Below, in pieces: positions 34,110 through 35,489 of a DNA stretch of 35,489 nt. Under the pieces are notes generated by a model. That model ran no database searches. It was not told the DNA's origin and worked only from the letters and a program-made list of their open reading frames with translations. The DNA lies in NCBI GenBank assembly GCA_037445735.1, contig JBBIJY010000027.1, positions 1 through 35,489 of the forward strand, written 5' to 3'. This stretch comes from Armatimonadota bacterium (GTDB taxonomy: Bacteria; Armatimonadota; Fimbriimonadia; Fimbriimonadales; GBS-DC). The position numbers were made by a program, and so were the translations under genes. Numbering within the stretch: the stretch's first letter is position 1; every line of letters starts with the position of its first letter.

Positions 34110-34862
34110 GTGTTGCAGGCGACACGGGTGAACTTTCTGGGAGCGCGAGGGATAGAGGCGGTGTTGACGATTCAGGGTAATCAGGCGCGTTTGAGCTGGT
34201 TGCTGTACGATGGGCATGGCAACCTGGTGCGTGTGATGGCGTCAGATTACACGCTGTCTGGGTTCCAGTGGCGTGGGGTATGGGGCGAGGTGCAGAGTTC
34301 GCTGGGTGCTGGCAGGGGTTATTGTGCCAATCTGGGTCATTCGGAGGATGAGACGGGTCTGGTCTATATGCGAGCGCGATATTATGAGCCAGCGTCGGGT
34401 CGGTTTATCAGTGAAGACCCTTCACGGGACGGGGTGAACTGGTATCTCTATGCCGATGGGAATCCGGTGAATAAGGTGGATGTGGATGGGAGGGCATCTG
34501 AATGGGAACGTAAGTGGTATGCTTTCATGACTTTTCTTGGCATCATAGCTGGTGCATTACTAGGAGCAGGAACTAGCATGGTTTTTGCTGGGGCGGCAAT
34601 GATTAAAGCTGCAGAAGCCGCATACAAATCCTTGTCTGCTCAAGGAGCGACGGTTCTCCTTGTACAAGGAAAAATGCTAATGAAAGCAGGTGTGTACTCG
34701 ATAGTTGCGGGAGCTGCTCTCGCTTTTGTAGTTTGGCTTGGGTTAGGGATGACGGAGGAGGAATATCAAGAATGGAAAGATACAATAGGGGATATGTTGC
34801 GTTTTGCAGGTGAAATAATTAATCGCGGCTGGCATCCAGAAACCTGGGATCAACCTTTTTAG
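34110..34862 (+). CDS. Orphan Rhs core fragment with variable hydrophobic C-terminal toxin domain 2
   Basis: Same Rhs core motifs ending NPVNKVDVDG; the Gly/Ala-rich tip differs from tip 1. Confidence 0.85.
   Translation: MLQATRVNFLGARGIEAVLTIQGNQARLSWLLYDGHGNLVRVMASDYTLSGFQWRGVWGEVQSSLGAGRGYCANLGHSEDETGLVYMRARYYEPASGRFISEDPSRDGVNWYLYADGNPVNKVDVDGRASEWERKWYAFMTFLGIIAGALLGAGTSMVFAGAAMIKAAEAAYKSLSAQGATVLLVQGKMLMKAGVYSIVAGAALAFVVWLGLGMTEEEYQEWKDTIGDMLRFAGEIINRGWHPETWDQPF
34175..34482 (+). repeat. 308-bp Rhs core direct repeat, copy 2
   Basis: Matches 32073-32380. Confidence 0.92.
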
Positions 34863-34875
34863 GAGGTGGCTCCAC

Positions 34876-35343
34876 ATGGAAGTTGCATTCGCAACAGGTA
34901 TTGCTGTGTCGATTACTATTCTTTTTACATGGATGAATCTTTTTCAGTGTCTGATAAGGGTGAAAAGGATTCATCGTTGGACAAACCTCACTAAAATTAT
35001 TTTATATACTTCGTTTATTTTACTTTTATCATATTTATTACATATTACATGGTACAATTCCGTTCTCTGGACAGCGTGGGTAATCGGCTCTGAGATACTT
35101 TTAGGTAACTGGAGACACAGAGCGTCTACTCTGGTCTTCTTGGCGATAGTTTTGTTAGGTTTTGGAATTGCCTGTTTAGTAGAATTGCTGAGAAGCATTA
35201 GTGATGGAGTTTATTTCCTATGGATTGGCTTTTTTGGTGGGACATGCTTGATCTATATTGGAATGGGGCATGCGCTACGAATCATAATACAAGTGAGAGA
35301 CTCTCTCCAAGAAAGTGAATCGAACATAATCTCCCCACGATGA
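34876..35343 (+). CDS. Putative membrane immunity protein 2
   Basis: AGGAGG SD overlaps the toxin stop; AT-rich; four to five hydrophobic segments. Confidence 0.65.
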   Translation: MEVAFATGIAVSITILFTWMNLFQCLIRVKRIHRWTNLTKIILYTSFILLLSYLLHITWYNSVLWTAWVIGSEILLGNWRHRASTLVFLAIVLLGFGIACLVELLRSISDGVYFLWIGFFGGTCLIYIGMGHALRIIIQVRDSLQESESNIISPR

Positions 35344-35442
35344 GCCAGAGGGAACCCCTATGGCACTGACCTGACCAAAGCTGTTACCCCTTCAAACTGG
35401 CATTCCGCAAGGGCGGGAGTATAATCCATTCAGGTGAAACCG

Positions 35443-35489
35443 ATGGGCAAAGCGCATATTCTGCAGGTACTGACCCACCGCAGTCCCAC
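35443..35489 (+). CDS. Possible start of a further small gene (partial)
   Basis: GTATAAT, then AGGTGA, then ATG GGC AAA GCG CAT ATT CTG..., open to the window edge. Confidence 0.35.
   Translation, partial: MGKAHILQVLTHRSP

Noticed and set aside
32073-34482. Diversity-generating retroelement template/variable repeat pair
   Set aside because: The mismatches are mostly synonymous and not adenine-specific, no reverse transcriptase is present, and Rhs core duplication explains the repeat.
31900-35489. Integron cassette array
   Set aside because: I could not find attC-like RYYYAAC...GTTRRRY sites between the modules, and there is no integrase in the window.

Overview
GC-rich bacterial chromosomal window. 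The gene mix (PEP-CTERM protein, CHAT-TPR protease, short Rhs cores, a kinase lacking the Gly loop) suggests Armatimonadota or a relative, but this is inference only. It carries housekeeping and metabolic genes: ThDP decarboxylase, RNase HI, secG, tatA, M16 peptidase, NfeD, ferritin-like, ABC permease and ATPase, ornithine cyclodeaminase-like, Ser/Thr kinase, CDGSH protein, asd, argC, ndk, an orphan methyltransferase, GH99-like and GH78 hydrolases, and a beta-carbonic anhydrase-like gene. Accessory DNA includes two MNT-HEPN toxin-antitoxin pairs plus a relic, several miniature inverted-repeat elements, and a right-end array of orphan Rhs toxin/immunity cassettes interleaved with intact and decayed HicAB modules. 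Best leads: (1) a galactose-oxidase-like gene absent from the ORF track, with the axial Tyr replaced by His and a G10 tract that puts its SD-linked start out of frame; (2) a secreted CHAT protease with nine RPLTSGA repeats inside the CHAT domain; (3) a 131-bp MITE with 15-bp terminal inverted repeats and a 10-bp target duplication; (4) a candidate ~75-nt anti-SD sRNA; (5) a ~430-nt nested-fold noncoding element; (6) the Rhs/HicAB cassette array. All calls come from manual reading and motif recognition; no searches were run.
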